A stretch of DNA of 64,000 nucleotides, from contig CAVPXI010000007.1 in assembly GCA_963709585.1 (NCBI GenBank), positions 1 to 64,000 on the forward strand, given 5' to 3'. The notes below the pieces were generated by a model, which ran no database searches, was not told where the DNA came from, and saw only the letters and a program-made list of their open reading frames with translations. Position numbers and translations under genes: made by a program. Positions 26,407 to 35,619 of this stretch are shown in pieces; the first letter of the stretch is position 1; each line of letters opens with the position of its first letter. The DNA comes from Candidatus Dormiibacterota bacterium (GTDB lineage: Bacteria; Chloroflexota; Dormibacteria; Aeolococcales; Aeolococcaceae).

Positions 26407-28233
26407 TTGAGCGACCAGGGTCGTCTGCGTCGGCGTCGGCTGCATGGTTCGCCGGCGGTGGTCAGAGCCCGAAAGCGCAAGCGCCCGCCACTGGCCATCT
26501 ACACGCGTCCCCGTACCCCTGCGCTGCGGCGGCCACGCGGTGTGGTGGTGCGCGTCGACTTCGGGTTGCTCGCGCTCGTCGGGGGACTTTCCCTCGCTGC
26601 GCTACCGGGGTTGCACCTCTCCACGGCGTCGGCAGGCCTCGGCGTCGTACAGTCGTTTGGGGGGGCAACCAACGCAGTCACGAGCTCCCTCTCGGTCTCA
26701 CCGAATACGGATACAGCCCAAGGTGATCTGCTGGTTGCCACCATCAAGAGCCGCGACCTTTCCGCGTTCGAGACGGTCGCCGGGGTCACCGATTCGGCTG
26801 GAAACACATGGTCGCTGGTCGACAGCGTCACACAGGGACATCAAGCCGATGAGGAGATCTGGTACGCGCCCGACGCGGCGGCCGTCGGCGCCGGGGGCGG
26901 CGTCACCGTGACATTGGGCGGGAGCGCCGCGATTGCGATGACGGTTCTGGAGATAGCCGGTGCCTCCAGCACGCCGCTCCACGGAGTGGCCGACGCGAGT
27001 AACCACGACACCGCGGCCTCCACCGATGAGGCGCCTGCGAGCCCACAGGACATCGTCATCGCAGACGTGGGCTGGAATGCGAACGTCACCCCGGGGGGGC
27101 AAACCCCGAGCTTCACCCCCACTCCTGTCGAGCAGGCAACGGCCGCAGGCACCATGACGGGAGAGCAGGCAGCATGGGAGATCGTCAACAGCGGGCAAAC
27201 CGTGAGCTACGACGCCACCCTGAGCGCCCCCGTGGCGTGGGCGGCAGCCATAGCAACCTTCTCTGCCGTTGCGGTCGCGCCGCCAACGCCGACCCCGACG
27301 GGAACACCAACTCCAACAACGACGCCAACGTCGACCCCAACACCCACGCCAACCTCCACACCCACCTCCACGCCGACCCCCTCGCCAAGCCCGACAGCCA
27401 CTGTTTCGCCGACGCCATCACCCTCGAGCGCCCCTGCAACGCGGCACGTGATGGTGATCATGGAAGAGAACAAGGGATACGCAGCGACACTCGGATCGTG
27501 CGGGAGCGATCCCTACCTGTGTTCCCTCGCCTCTCAATACGCGAGCTACACGGGTTGGTCTGGCATCGGTCATCCGTCACTGCCCAACTACCTCGCCTTC
27601 GACAGCGGGAGCACTCAAGGGTGTGCCTCCAACTCCTGCCCGGGACCGTACGCAGCGACTGATCTCGGAGGCGAACTGTCCACGGCCGGTATCCCGTGGA
27701 CCGCGTACATGGAATCGATGCCGTCGGCCTGCTCCACGGTGGATTCGTCCAACGGCCTCTACGTCAAGAGACACGATCCGTTCATCTATTTCAATGACGT
27801 GCTCAACAACGGCTGTGCCAACAACGTCGTCCCATACCCGGGCGGTGCCGGGCTGATCTCCGACCTGAGCGGCGCTGCTGCACCGCAGTTCGTTTGGGTC
27901 ACCCCGAACGTGGATGACGACATGCACGACGGAACCGTCACGCAGGGCGACACGTGGTTGCAGACAAATCTTGCTCCAGTGTTGTCCTCCAGTTGGTTCA
28001 CCAAGTTCGACAGCACCGTGATCGTGACCATGGATGAGAATGACGCCCAGTCGTCGCCCGCGGGCGGGCAGGTGCCCATGGTGGTCATCTCCAGCGACGC
28101 CGCGGGACAGGGCGCGATATCGGCCCCCGGAAATCACTACGGGACACTGCGCGCCATCGAAGAGGCATTTGGGCTCGGGTACCTCGGCGCGTCTGCCGAC
28201 CCCTCGAACGGCGACCCGCTCGGCTCCTTCTAG
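26407..28233 (+). CDS. secreted protein: unknown domain + PT linker + phosphoesterase (start uncertain)
   Basis: Hydrophobic signal ...ASA; QGDLLVATIK..EIWY domain; (PT)n linker; IMEENKGY, HPSLPNY, HDPF, DDMHD, TMDE. Confidence 0.88.
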   Translation: MSDQGRLRRRRLHGSPAVVRARKRKRPPLAIYTRPRTPALRRPRGVVVRVDFGLLALVGGLSLAALPGLHLSTASAGLGVVQSFGGATNAVTSSLSVSPNTDTAQGDLLVATIKSRDLSAFETVAGVTDSAGNTWSLVDSVTQGHQADEEIWYAPDAAAVGAGGGVTVTLGGSAAIAMTVLEIAGASSTPLHGVADASNHDTAASTDEAPASPQDIVIADVGWNANVTPGGQTPSFTPTPVEQATAAGTMTGEQAAWEIVNSGQTVSYDATLSAPVAWAAAIATFSAVAVAPPTPTPTGTPTPTTTPTSTPTPTPTSTPTSTPTPSPSPTATVSPTPSPSSAPATRHVMVIMEENKGYAATLGSCGSDPYLCSLASQYASYTGWSGIGHPSLPNYLAFDSGSTQGCASNSCPGPYAATDLGGELSTAGIPWTAYMESMPSACSTVDSSNGLYVKRHDPFIYFNDVLNNGCANNVVPYPGGAGLISDLSGAAAPQFVWVTPNVDDDMHDGTVTQGDTWLQTNLAPVLSSSWFTKFDSTVIVTMDENDAQSSPAGGQVPMVVISSDAAGQGAISAPGNHYGTLRAIEEAFGLGYLGASADPSNGDPLGSF

Positions 28234-28484
28234 TCTTCGGCCGAGAAACCCAGGTCGGAGACGCTGACGCCCAGCGCTTTAGCCAGGCGACGACGGTTGT
28301 AGGGGCGAGGTATGGCGTCGCCGGCTTCCCACGCCTTCACCGAGCGCACCGAAGCGCCCACCTTGCGAGCCAGTCCGGCCTGCGTCCACTCGCTCGGATC
28401 GGCTGAATCCGCCTGCCGGCGGGTGCGCTGGTCAGAGAGCCTGCTCGGTGGCGACTTCGTCAGAGGCTTGAGGTCTTGCACCAT
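28230..28484 (-). CDS. XRE/Cro-C1 helix-turn-helix regulator (start uncertain)
   Basis: WTQAGLARKVGASVRSVKAWEAGDAIPRPYNRRRLAKALGVSVSDL. Confidence 0.85.
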   Translation of the reverse strand: MVQDLKPLTKSPPSRLSDQRTRRQADSADPSEWTQAGLARKVGASVRSVKAWEAGDAIPRPYNRRRLAKALGVSVSDLGFSAED

Positions 28485-28497
28485 ACTGCCCCATAAT
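28468..28497 (+). promoter_or_regulatory. promoter divergent from and overlapping the XRE gene start
   Basis: TTGAGG-18 nt-CATAAT. Confidence 0.45.
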
Positions 28498-28537
28498 GCC
28501 CTGCACTGGTGGGCGCCAGATAGAGGGAACAACGTTG

Positions 28538-28639
28538 ATGCAGACCGGTTTCCAGGCCGCGACAGATCCGCTTGGGACCCCACGGCCGGTTGACCACGCG
28601 ACCCGCGCTGGATCGAGCAACCGGCGTCGGGCGAGCTGA
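28538..28639 (+). CDS. candidate 33-aa peptide or leader ORF
   Basis: AGAGGG SD, TTG-ATG start, MQTGFQAATDPLGTPRPVDHATRAGSSNRRRAS*, between the promoter and a terminator. Confidence 0.35.
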   Translation: MQTGFQAATDPLGTPRPVDHATRAGSSNRRRAS

Positions 28640-28683
28640 CCGATCGATCGGCGGTCCAACCCCACTCCACCCTGCCCCCCTTC

Positions 28684-28727
28684 GGGCGCTCCGACCGTTA
28701 CGGAACGGCGGGGCGCCTTTTTCTTTT
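28684..28727 (+). terminator. intrinsic terminator
   Basis: GGCGCTCCG-A-CCGTT-ACGG-AACGG-CGGGGCGCC followed by TTTTTCTTTT. Confidence 0.8.
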
Positions 28728-28811
28728 GCCCGCTGCCCGATGCATCAAGCCACCGATCGCCCTCAGCGATCGTCGCGGTACCCTGCGAGGAATGGCTGAG
28801 AGGGTGCGCTG

Positions 28812-29765
28812 ATGCTGATCGTCGTCTTCGGGACCGGCCGCTGCGGGTCGACCCCCATCGTCGAAGTGGTCAGCCGTCATCGTGAGGTCGGGTTTGTTTC
28901 CAACATCGATGACAAGCTGCCGTTGCTCAATCTCAAGGGCAGATGGAACAACCGGCTCCATCGGCTGTCCTCGCCTCGCGATCCGAAGATGCGGCCGTTC
29001 CACGATCGCCGGACGCTTTTCGAGTTGGGCCGGCTGCGGATCGCACCCGCCGAAGCCTGGAACATCCTCGACCGCCAGGTCGCGCCGGTCATGTCCATGC
29101 CGTTTCGTGACCTTGGCGCAGAGGACTGCACGCCGTGGCTCAAGGACCGGCTGCGGAAGTTCTTCGAGACCCGGATGGCAGCCCAGCATCGCGACGTCTT
29201 CATCCAGCATCTCACCGGCTGGCCGCGTGCTGGTTTCATTCGATCCGCCTTCCCCGAGACCCGGTTCGTTCATGTCGTCCGTGATGGCCGTGCTGTCGCC
29301 AATTCCTGGCTGCAGATGGGCTGGTGGCGGGGGTACCAAGGCCCAGAGGCATGGCACCTCGGCCCGCTTTCGCCAGAGTCCGCCGCTGCATGGGAGGAGT
29401 CGGGACGTTCCTTTGTCGTCCTCGCCGGCCTTGGATGGAAGCTGCTCATCGAGGCCTTCGAGCGCGCTCGCAATGAGGTGCCCGCCGAGCAGTGGATGGA
29501 GGTCCGCTACGAGGACGTCGTCGCCGAACCGCGGCGTCACATCAAGTCAATCGTTGACTTCATCGGGCTTCCCTGGAGCGACGAATTCGAGCGTGAGTTT
29601 GCCGCCTATCCATTTGATGGTGGCCGCGTGCAGGGTTTCCGGCGCGACCTGGATCCAGGCAGTCTCATGCAACTCGAGACGGCGATCGGGTCGACCCTTC
29701 GCAAATATGGATACGACCTATCGCCTGAGCCGGCCTCCACGATGGCACGCACCGCGCCAGGGTGA
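28812..29765 (+). CDS. PAPS-dependent sulfotransferase
   Basis: GTGRCGST, FVHVVRDGRAVANS, VRYEDVV. Confidence 0.9.
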   Translation: MLIVVFGTGRCGSTPIVEVVSRHREVGFVSNIDDKLPLLNLKGRWNNRLHRLSSPRDPKMRPFHDRRTLFELGRLRIAPAEAWNILDRQVAPVMSMPFRDLGAEDCTPWLKDRLRKFFETRMAAQHRDVFIQHLTGWPRAGFIRSAFPETRFVHVVRDGRAVANSWLQMGWWRGYQGPEAWHLGPLSPESAAAWEESGRSFVVLAGLGWKLLIEAFERARNEVPAEQWMEVRYEDVVAEPRRHIKSIVDFIGLPWSDEFEREFAAYPFDGGRVQGFRRDLDPGSLMQLETAIGSTLRKYGYDLSPEPASTMARTAPG

Positions 29766-29802
29766 TCGCCCCCGCCGGAGCCTGCACGCAGGCCCGCGGC
29801 GG

Positions 29803-30939
29803 TCATCGCCTCAGAACTGCGAGGTACACCTCTTCAGTCGCGTCGGTGGCCTTGTCCCAATCGTATTCGCGAGTCACTCGGTCCCCGAGCACCAGCGCGC
29901 CGCGGCGCGCCCCGTCCAGGCCGCCGAGAGTTGCCGTCAATGCCTCCGCCAGTGCCGCCTCGTTGCCGCTGGGGAACAGCCGCCCGCCGGGCGCATCGCC
30001 GCCGATCACCTCGCGGTGGGGCGGAATGTCGCTTGCCACCAGCGGGAGCCGGTACGAAGCCGCCTCAAGCAGGGTCAGCGGCAGGCCCTCGAGGCTCGAC
30101 GGGAGCACGAACAGCGCGGCGTTGGTGTAGAGCTCGTGGAGCAGGTCGCCGTGGGCAGGCCCGATCATGAGCACGCGGTCATCGCGAGCCGCTAGCGCCT
30201 CCAGGTCCCGAACGTATCGATCGGTGAAGCTGGAGCCACCGGCGATCACAAGGCGTGATGTCGTGTCGATGCGGCGGAAGGCGCGGATCAGCAGGTCCGG
30301 TGCCTTTTCGGGTACGAGCCTCCCGACGAAGAGCGCGTAGTCACCACCATGGAGTCCGAAGCGCTCCTTGATGAGGCGCGGCGAGCGGTGCACGGGGACC
30401 GTCACGCCGTTGGGGATGTAATGGGCGACGCGCCCGTAGCGGCGGAGGTAGAAGTCAGCCAGGTTCCGCGACACCGTGATCGTCGCGTGCGGCACGTGGG
30501 CGCTGATCCAGCCCGCGGTGCGCAGCGCGGTGCGGGCGCCGACGCCCCACTTCTCGCGATCGTAGTCGAGGCCGTGGATGGTGAGCACGAGGCGGCGCCC
30601 GGTGAGAACCCGTGGCAACGGCGTGAAGACCGAGGGGCCGATTGCGTGGTAGTGAAGGATATCCGGATGTTTCGGGCCGGGGAGCATCGCGGCCGCGGTC
30701 GACAAGCCGCTGTGCACCAGTGCCTCCAGGTGCTTGGTCGGTGCGGTGGGGATGTAGCGCACGCGCATGCCGCGGTGTTCGCTGACATGCTCCGTTGCGT
30801 AGTTGGCGCGTGTGTACACGGTCACGTCGTGTCCGCGGGCCGCAAGGCGCGCCCCGATCTCCTCGACATGGTGCTCGATTCCGCCAACCGTGGCCGGGAC
30901 ACCGCGTTGTCCGATGAACGCGATGCGTGCCGGCTTCAT
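29803..30939 (-). CDS. glycosyltransferase family 4
   Basis: GQRGVPATVGGIE, FVGRLVPEK, EGLPLTLLEA. Confidence 0.93.
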   Translation of the reverse strand: MKPARIAFIGQRGVPATVGGIEHHVEEIGARLAARGHDVTVYTRANYATEHVSEHRGMRVRYIPTAPTKHLEALVHSGLSTAAAMLPGPKHPDILHYHAIGPSVFTPLPRVLTGRRLVLTIHGLDYDREKWGVGARTALRTAGWISAHVPHATITVSRNLADFYLRRYGRVAHYIPNGVTVPVHRSPRLIKERFGLHGGDYALFVGRLVPEKAPDLLIRAFRRIDTTSRLVIAGGSSFTDRYVRDLEALAARDDRVLMIGPAHGDLLHELYTNAALFVLPSSLEGLPLTLLEAASYRLPLVASDIPPHREVIGGDAPGGRLFPSGNEAALAEALTATLGGLDGARRGALVLGDRVTREYDWDKATDATEEVYLAVLRR

Positions 30940-32177
30940 GCCGCCCGGCGTTGCTGCATTCTCGTGGCCTCGCCGTACATGGCATCGATACGCGTGAGAT
31001 GTCGCTGCGGTGAGAACTCCGACACGATGGTCGCACGGGCGCGATCCCGCATCGCGAATCCGCGACCTGGGTCGGTTATGTAGGGACGGAGCGCTGCGGC
31101 GAGTGCTGACGGATCGTTGGCGGGCACGAGATCGCCGGTGACGCCGGGTTGGATCAGCTCGGGCATGCCGCCGAGCGCGCTTCCGACCACCGGCACTCCA
31201 CGCGCGAGTGCTTCGAGCACCACCATCGGCTGATTCTCGTACCAGCGTGATGGCACGACGACCACCGAGGCGGCAAGCATCAGCCGCTCCACCTCCGCCT
31301 TGTCGAGCAGGCCGTGAAAACGCACCCTGCCCGGGGCGACCGAGTCAGCAAGGCGGCGCAGCGATTCCTCCTCCGGACCGGCGCCGGCGACGTCGAGCAC
31401 GACGCCATCCATGCGCCCCACCGCACGGACTGCGACGTCAACCCCCTTCTCCGAGGACAAGCGGCCCGCCACCATCACACCGCCACCCGGCGCAGGCTTC
31501 ATCCCCATGCCGGCGGTCTCGATGAAGTGCGGCACATGGCGCAGACGCCGTGGGAAGACGCCGGCTGCGCGCATCCGGCCTTCCAGGAATTGACTGGGGC
31601 AGATGAAGATCCCCACCGGTGCGTACGCCCGAGTGACCGTGTGCAGGAACAGCTCGCCCGCCATCACCGCGCTCGATGCCAGCGAGCCGTCCTTGCAGCG
31701 GCGCAGGACCGCATGCTGGAAGTGCCCGCCGAGGCATGCCTGGCACAGATTGCCATGATCGAGGAATCGATACGTTGGGCACGCGAGCTTGTAGTCGTGC
31801 AAGGTCATCACGACCGGAGTGCGCCTGCGCGCGACCGGCCGGAGCACCGACGGTGAGAGCTGGTGATAGATGTTGTGCATGTGCACCACGTCCGGCCGGA
31901 AGTCGGAGATCACAGCATCCATCCCCCGGCTGGCCGATGTCGAGTAGAGCATCCGCGCAACGCCGCGAACGCGCTCGCTCAGCCGAGCCGGAGCGGGCTC
32001 GAACTCGATGTCATCCGGGTAATGCGCGGCATAGTCGAGGTGCGTGTTGAGGGGATGCGCCATCCCGAAGAACGACACCGTGTGCCCGGCCGCAATCTGC
32101 AGATCGGCCAGGTCCTCCATGTACGCTTCCGCGCCACCACGACGGTAGAGGAACTTGTTGACGTGGAGTATCCGCAC
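30936..32177 (-). CDS. glycosyltransferase family 4
   Basis: GGAEAY, HDYKLACP, GRLSSEKG, PSRWYENQPMVVLEA; ATGA overlap with the next gene. Confidence 0.93.
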   Translation of the reverse strand: MRILHVNKFLYRRGGAEAYMEDLADLQIAAGHTVSFFGMAHPLNTHLDYAAHYPDDIEFEPAPARLSERVRGVARMLYSTSASRGMDAVISDFRPDVVHMHNIYHQLSPSVLRPVARRRTPVVMTLHDYKLACPTYRFLDHGNLCQACLGGHFQHAVLRRCKDGSLASSAVMAGELFLHTVTRAYAPVGIFICPSQFLEGRMRAAGVFPRRLRHVPHFIETAGMGMKPAPGGGVMVAGRLSSEKGVDVAVRAVGRMDGVVLDVAGAGPEEESLRRLADSVAPGRVRFHGLLDKAEVERLMLAASVVVVPSRWYENQPMVVLEALARGVPVVGSALGGMPELIQPGVTGDLVPANDPSALAAALRPYITDPGRGFAMRDRARATIVSEFSPQRHLTRIDAMYGEATRMQQRRAA

Positions 32178-32226
32178 TAGCGGCCTGCCTGCCAGATCTG
32201 GGGTGTGGCTCGGGACAATCGGCCCG

Positions 32227-33717
32227 CTACACGCCCACCAACACGGGGGCGGGTTCCTCCACCGGAGGCGGCAGGCCGAGCAGTTCGGCGTTCTCGCGGT
32301 ATCTCGTCACGGCATATGCAGCCGCCGCAAAGGCGACGTAATACCAGAGGACGACGACCTGGGTGATCACATTCGACACCAGGCTGATGAGCATGAAGGC
32401 GATGACGCAGGAGGCGAAGCCGACCGCGATTGATCGTTCATAGCTCCACATTCGCCGTCGCGTGAATTTCATGGCCTGTCGGGCGACAAGCACCATGCTG
32501 ACGAGGAGCGCAAGGTATGCGATGGTCCCGACGATTCCGGTCTCCACGTAGGCGCGAAGGAAGTCGTTGTGGGGCTCCTTCTGCTGACTGGTCGCCAGCG
32601 AGCTCATGTTCAGCCCGATGCCGGTGATGGGATCCTTGTTCGCGAGCGGGAGCACCTGGTTCCAGTAGTCGAAACGCCACGAGAGCGAATTGGACGCGTA
32701 GCCGGTCGCGCTGTTCGAGCTGCCCAGGTCGGCGAAACGCTGCAGGATCGTCGGGACAGCCACCAGCGAGACCATGACTGCGACGAGCATCACTCCGAGC
32801 ATGAGCCGGCGCCGCCCCATGATCGCGACGGCGAACACGCCGACCACGGCTGCGATCCAGGCACTCCGGGTGAACGTGAAGTAGAGACAGATCGCGCAGC
32901 ACGCCAGCAGTATCGACATGCCGATCTTCTTCTTCTGCGCCAGGTGAGGCAGCAGCGCGACCCCCATGATGATGAGCATCGTCAGGTAGATCGCGAAGGG
33001 ATTTGGCTGGGCGAACGTCCCCTCGAATCGGGAGAACCCACCGCTCGTGAACTGGGAGTGATGGGTGATCACGTTGAAGAGCGTGTAGCCGACCGGAAGA
33101 AGTGCCGAGACGTAGATCGATGCGATCAGCCGCTTGATCATCTCGCGATCGACGAGCATCACTTCGAGCACAGCGAGCATGGTCACGACGGCCGTCACCC
33201 GAAGGGCCTCCAGTGCGCTGACGGTCACGCTCGCGGAATCGATGACGCTGAGGAAGCCCGCGAGCGCGAAGAGGATCAGACACACACGATGGATCGACAT
33301 CGGCGGCGACTTCCGGCCCGCGCGCATCCGCGTGAGCATCCAGAAGAAGGCGGTCACGATGAACAGGATTGCCAGGGCTCCGGTCGGATCGAGCCCGGCG
33401 GCCGAGGAGGTCGCGGCGTTGACCCCGGCGGCGCCGCCGTTACCCGCACCGGTCTTGGTGATGTCGAGGCTGGCACGAATCGCGATCGTCGTGAACACGA
33501 AGTTCTCGAAGTTGACGATGCCGAGCGCGAAAAGGCCAAGTCCGACGAACGCGCTGACCGGAACAACGAGCAGCAGCTTGTTGCCGCCGAGTGCCGCCTC
33601 GACGCTCGTCTCGACCGCGAGCGCGAGGATGACGATCGCAATCAGCAGGAACCCGGCCTTGGCACGCGGGGTCATCTCCCCAACACCCGTGGGCCGTCGC
33701 ACACTGACCGTCGACAT
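32227..33717 (-). CDS. Wzy-like polymerase / O-antigen ligase family
   Basis: Multi-TM; GTFAQPN, TFTRSAW, R..YW..PITGIG, PHNDFL...ETGIVG. Confidence 0.88.
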   Translation of the reverse strand: MSTVSVRRPTGVGEMTPRAKAGFLLIAIVILALAVETSVEAALGGNKLLLVVPVSAFVGLGLFALGIVNFENFVFTTIAIRASLDITKTGAGNGGAAGVNAATSSAAGLDPTGALAILFIVTAFFWMLTRMRAGRKSPPMSIHRVCLILFALAGFLSVIDSASVTVSALEALRVTAVVTMLAVLEVMLVDREMIKRLIASIYVSALLPVGYTLFNVITHHSQFTSGGFSRFEGTFAQPNPFAIYLTMLIIMGVALLPHLAQKKKIGMSILLACCAICLYFTFTRSAWIAAVVGVFAVAIMGRRRLMLGVMLVAVMVSLVAVPTILQRFADLGSSNSATGYASNSLSWRFDYWNQVLPLANKDPITGIGLNMSSLATSQQKEPHNDFLRAYVETGIVGTIAYLALLVSMVLVARQAMKFTRRRMWSYERSIAVGFASCVIAFMLISLVSNVITQVVVLWYYVAFAAAAYAVTRYRENAELLGLPPPVEEPAPVLVGV

Positions 33718-33853
33718 CAACCCGTTCCCCTCGTTCTCAGACAACTCGCACCGCACGTCACGCGCGGAGCCACCTCCCGTTGCGCCGCACCAGCGTTCCC
33801 CGAGTGATCCCCTCGGATGCCGTTCGCCTCTTCAGTGTACGGGCAGCCGCCGC

Positions 33854-35611
33854 TCATGGCAAGTTTGCGGTTATTACCGTGCTCTCGACATCGGCATCGG
33901 AATCGAGATCGACACCATCTTCGACCACCGGCGCGACGTCAGCGGACACCGGTGGCGCCGAGCGCTCGGCGGCACCGCCGGCGTGCCCCGAGGGACGAGC
34001 GCGCCGCAGCGCACGGCGCCAACCCGCGATCTCGTGGCCCGTGAGCACGTACATCGAGGCGGCGAGCACCGCAAGGCCAGCGAGCCCGGCCACCGGTGTG
34101 CGGATCAGCAGGTGAGTCCGGTCAAGCGATCCGTCGAGATCGAACGCTATGGACGCCGCGATCATCGCCGCAGCGCTGAGCACTGATGCGACGGCGAGCT
34201 TGAGCGCGAAAGGGACCAGCCCTCGAGCTGGGCTGCCGTCGAGACGCGACAGCCGATACCACGCGTGCCCCACGTTCACGAACTGCGAGAGCGAGTAGGC
34301 GAGGGCGACGCCGATGATGGCCTGCTGGGTGCCGAACCCGAATGGGAGCATCAAGAGGGGCAGCAGCACCAGGTTCGCCGCGACGCCGTATATCGTGTTG
34401 CGCAGGGGCATGCGAGTGTCGAGCCGGGCGAAGAAGGGCGCGAGCAGCGCTCGCTGCACGGCGGACCCGACGAGGCTGATCGAGTAGATCGCGAGCACCG
34501 TGCCCAGAAGGGCGGCACTGGTGCGGGTGAAGTTGCCACGCTGAAAGACGGCCAGGACCGCCGGCTTTGCGAGGACCGCCATGAACGCCGTCAGGGGCAG
34601 GCTGATCGCCAGCATGATGCGCAGGCCGAGCCCGGTGAAGCGGCGCACCTCCTCCTGATCACCGCGATTGTGCGCGTCGGTGAGTCGTGGAATCAGCGCG
34701 ACGCTGACCGAACGGAAGAAGACCGTGCCGCCAACCGCTGACACCAGCAGATAGCCGTAATTGAGGATGGTGATCGAACCGGTCGGTAGGAGCGACACCA
34801 GCACCTGCTCGCCGAGGCGGGCAACCGGGTTGAGGCCGGCGCCGCCGAGCGGACGGACGCACAGCTTTGCGATGCCGCGCAGATGCTCATCGCGAACATC
34901 GAGCGCCGGGCGGAACCTCAGGCCCTGACGCGCGGCCATCAGCGACATGAAGACGGCTTGTGCGCCGGCCCCGGCCAGGAATGCGAACGCGACCACGTGG
35001 ACGTCGGGCTGCAGACCGCCGACGAAAACCAGGATCAACGCGGCGGCCAGGCCGTTGAGCACCACGGTCATCAGCGCGGGTGCGACAAAGGCGTATCGGG
35101 CGTTCAGGTACGCGCGGAGCACCTCCGCCACCGCCACCAACGGGACCATCGCGAAGACGACCGGAACCATTGAGGCAGCAGTCTTGATCTCGTCGAATCC
35201 ATGAAGCGAGCCCTGCGGGATGCCTGGTGCCGTGAGATGCACCAGTGGGGTGGCGACGAGCCACGACACGAGCACCAGCGCGCCACCGGCCACGATGACG
35301 GCGCAGAGGACCATCGAGATGAGATGGTCGGTAGGACGCTCTCCACGTCGGGTGGCCGATGTCCGGAAAGCCGGGACGAGCGCCTGGTTTGCGGCGACCA
35401 TCACCACCGCGATCAGCCCCAAGGGTATTCGTGATGCCACGAAAAACGCGTCGGTCCTTTGGCCCGCACCGAAGCGGATCGCGATGGTGAAATCGAGCAC
35501 CAACCCGGCCGCAACGCCCGCAGCTGCGGCGATTCCTGTCAGGCCCGACTGGCGCACCACGTTGCGGCTCGACTGGCGTTCCGAGCCGGGCACGCTCGCT
35601 TGTGCGTTCAC
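33854..35611 (-). CDS. murJ: MurJ/MviN-family flippase
   Basis: RFGAGQRTDAFFVASRIP, GSITILNYG, VFQRGNFT, FFARLDTRMP; probably the polysaccharide flippase by context. Confidence 0.85.
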   Translation of the reverse strand: MNAQASVPGSERQSSRNVVRQSGLTGIAAAAGVAAGLVLDFTIAIRFGAGQRTDAFFVASRIPLGLIAVVMVAANQALVPAFRTSATRRGERPTDHLISMVLCAVIVAGGALVLVSWLVATPLVHLTAPGIPQGSLHGFDEIKTAASMVPVVFAMVPLVAVAEVLRAYLNARYAFVAPALMTVVLNGLAAALILVFVGGLQPDVHVVAFAFLAGAGAQAVFMSLMAARQGLRFRPALDVRDEHLRGIAKLCVRPLGGAGLNPVARLGEQVLVSLLPTGSITILNYGYLLVSAVGGTVFFRSVSVALIPRLTDAHNRGDQEEVRRFTGLGLRIMLAISLPLTAFMAVLAKPAVLAVFQRGNFTRTSAALLGTVLAIYSISLVGSAVQRALLAPFFARLDTRMPLRNTIYGVAANLVLLPLLMLPFGFGTQQAIIGVALAYSLSQFVNVGHAWYRLSRLDGSPARGLVPFALKLAVASVLSAAAMIAASIAFDLDGSLDRTHLLIRTPVAGLAGLAVLAASMYVLTGHEIAGWRRALRRARPSGHAGGAAERSAPPVSADVAPVVEDGVDLDSDADVESTVITANLP

Positions 35612-35619
35612 CGTACCGG

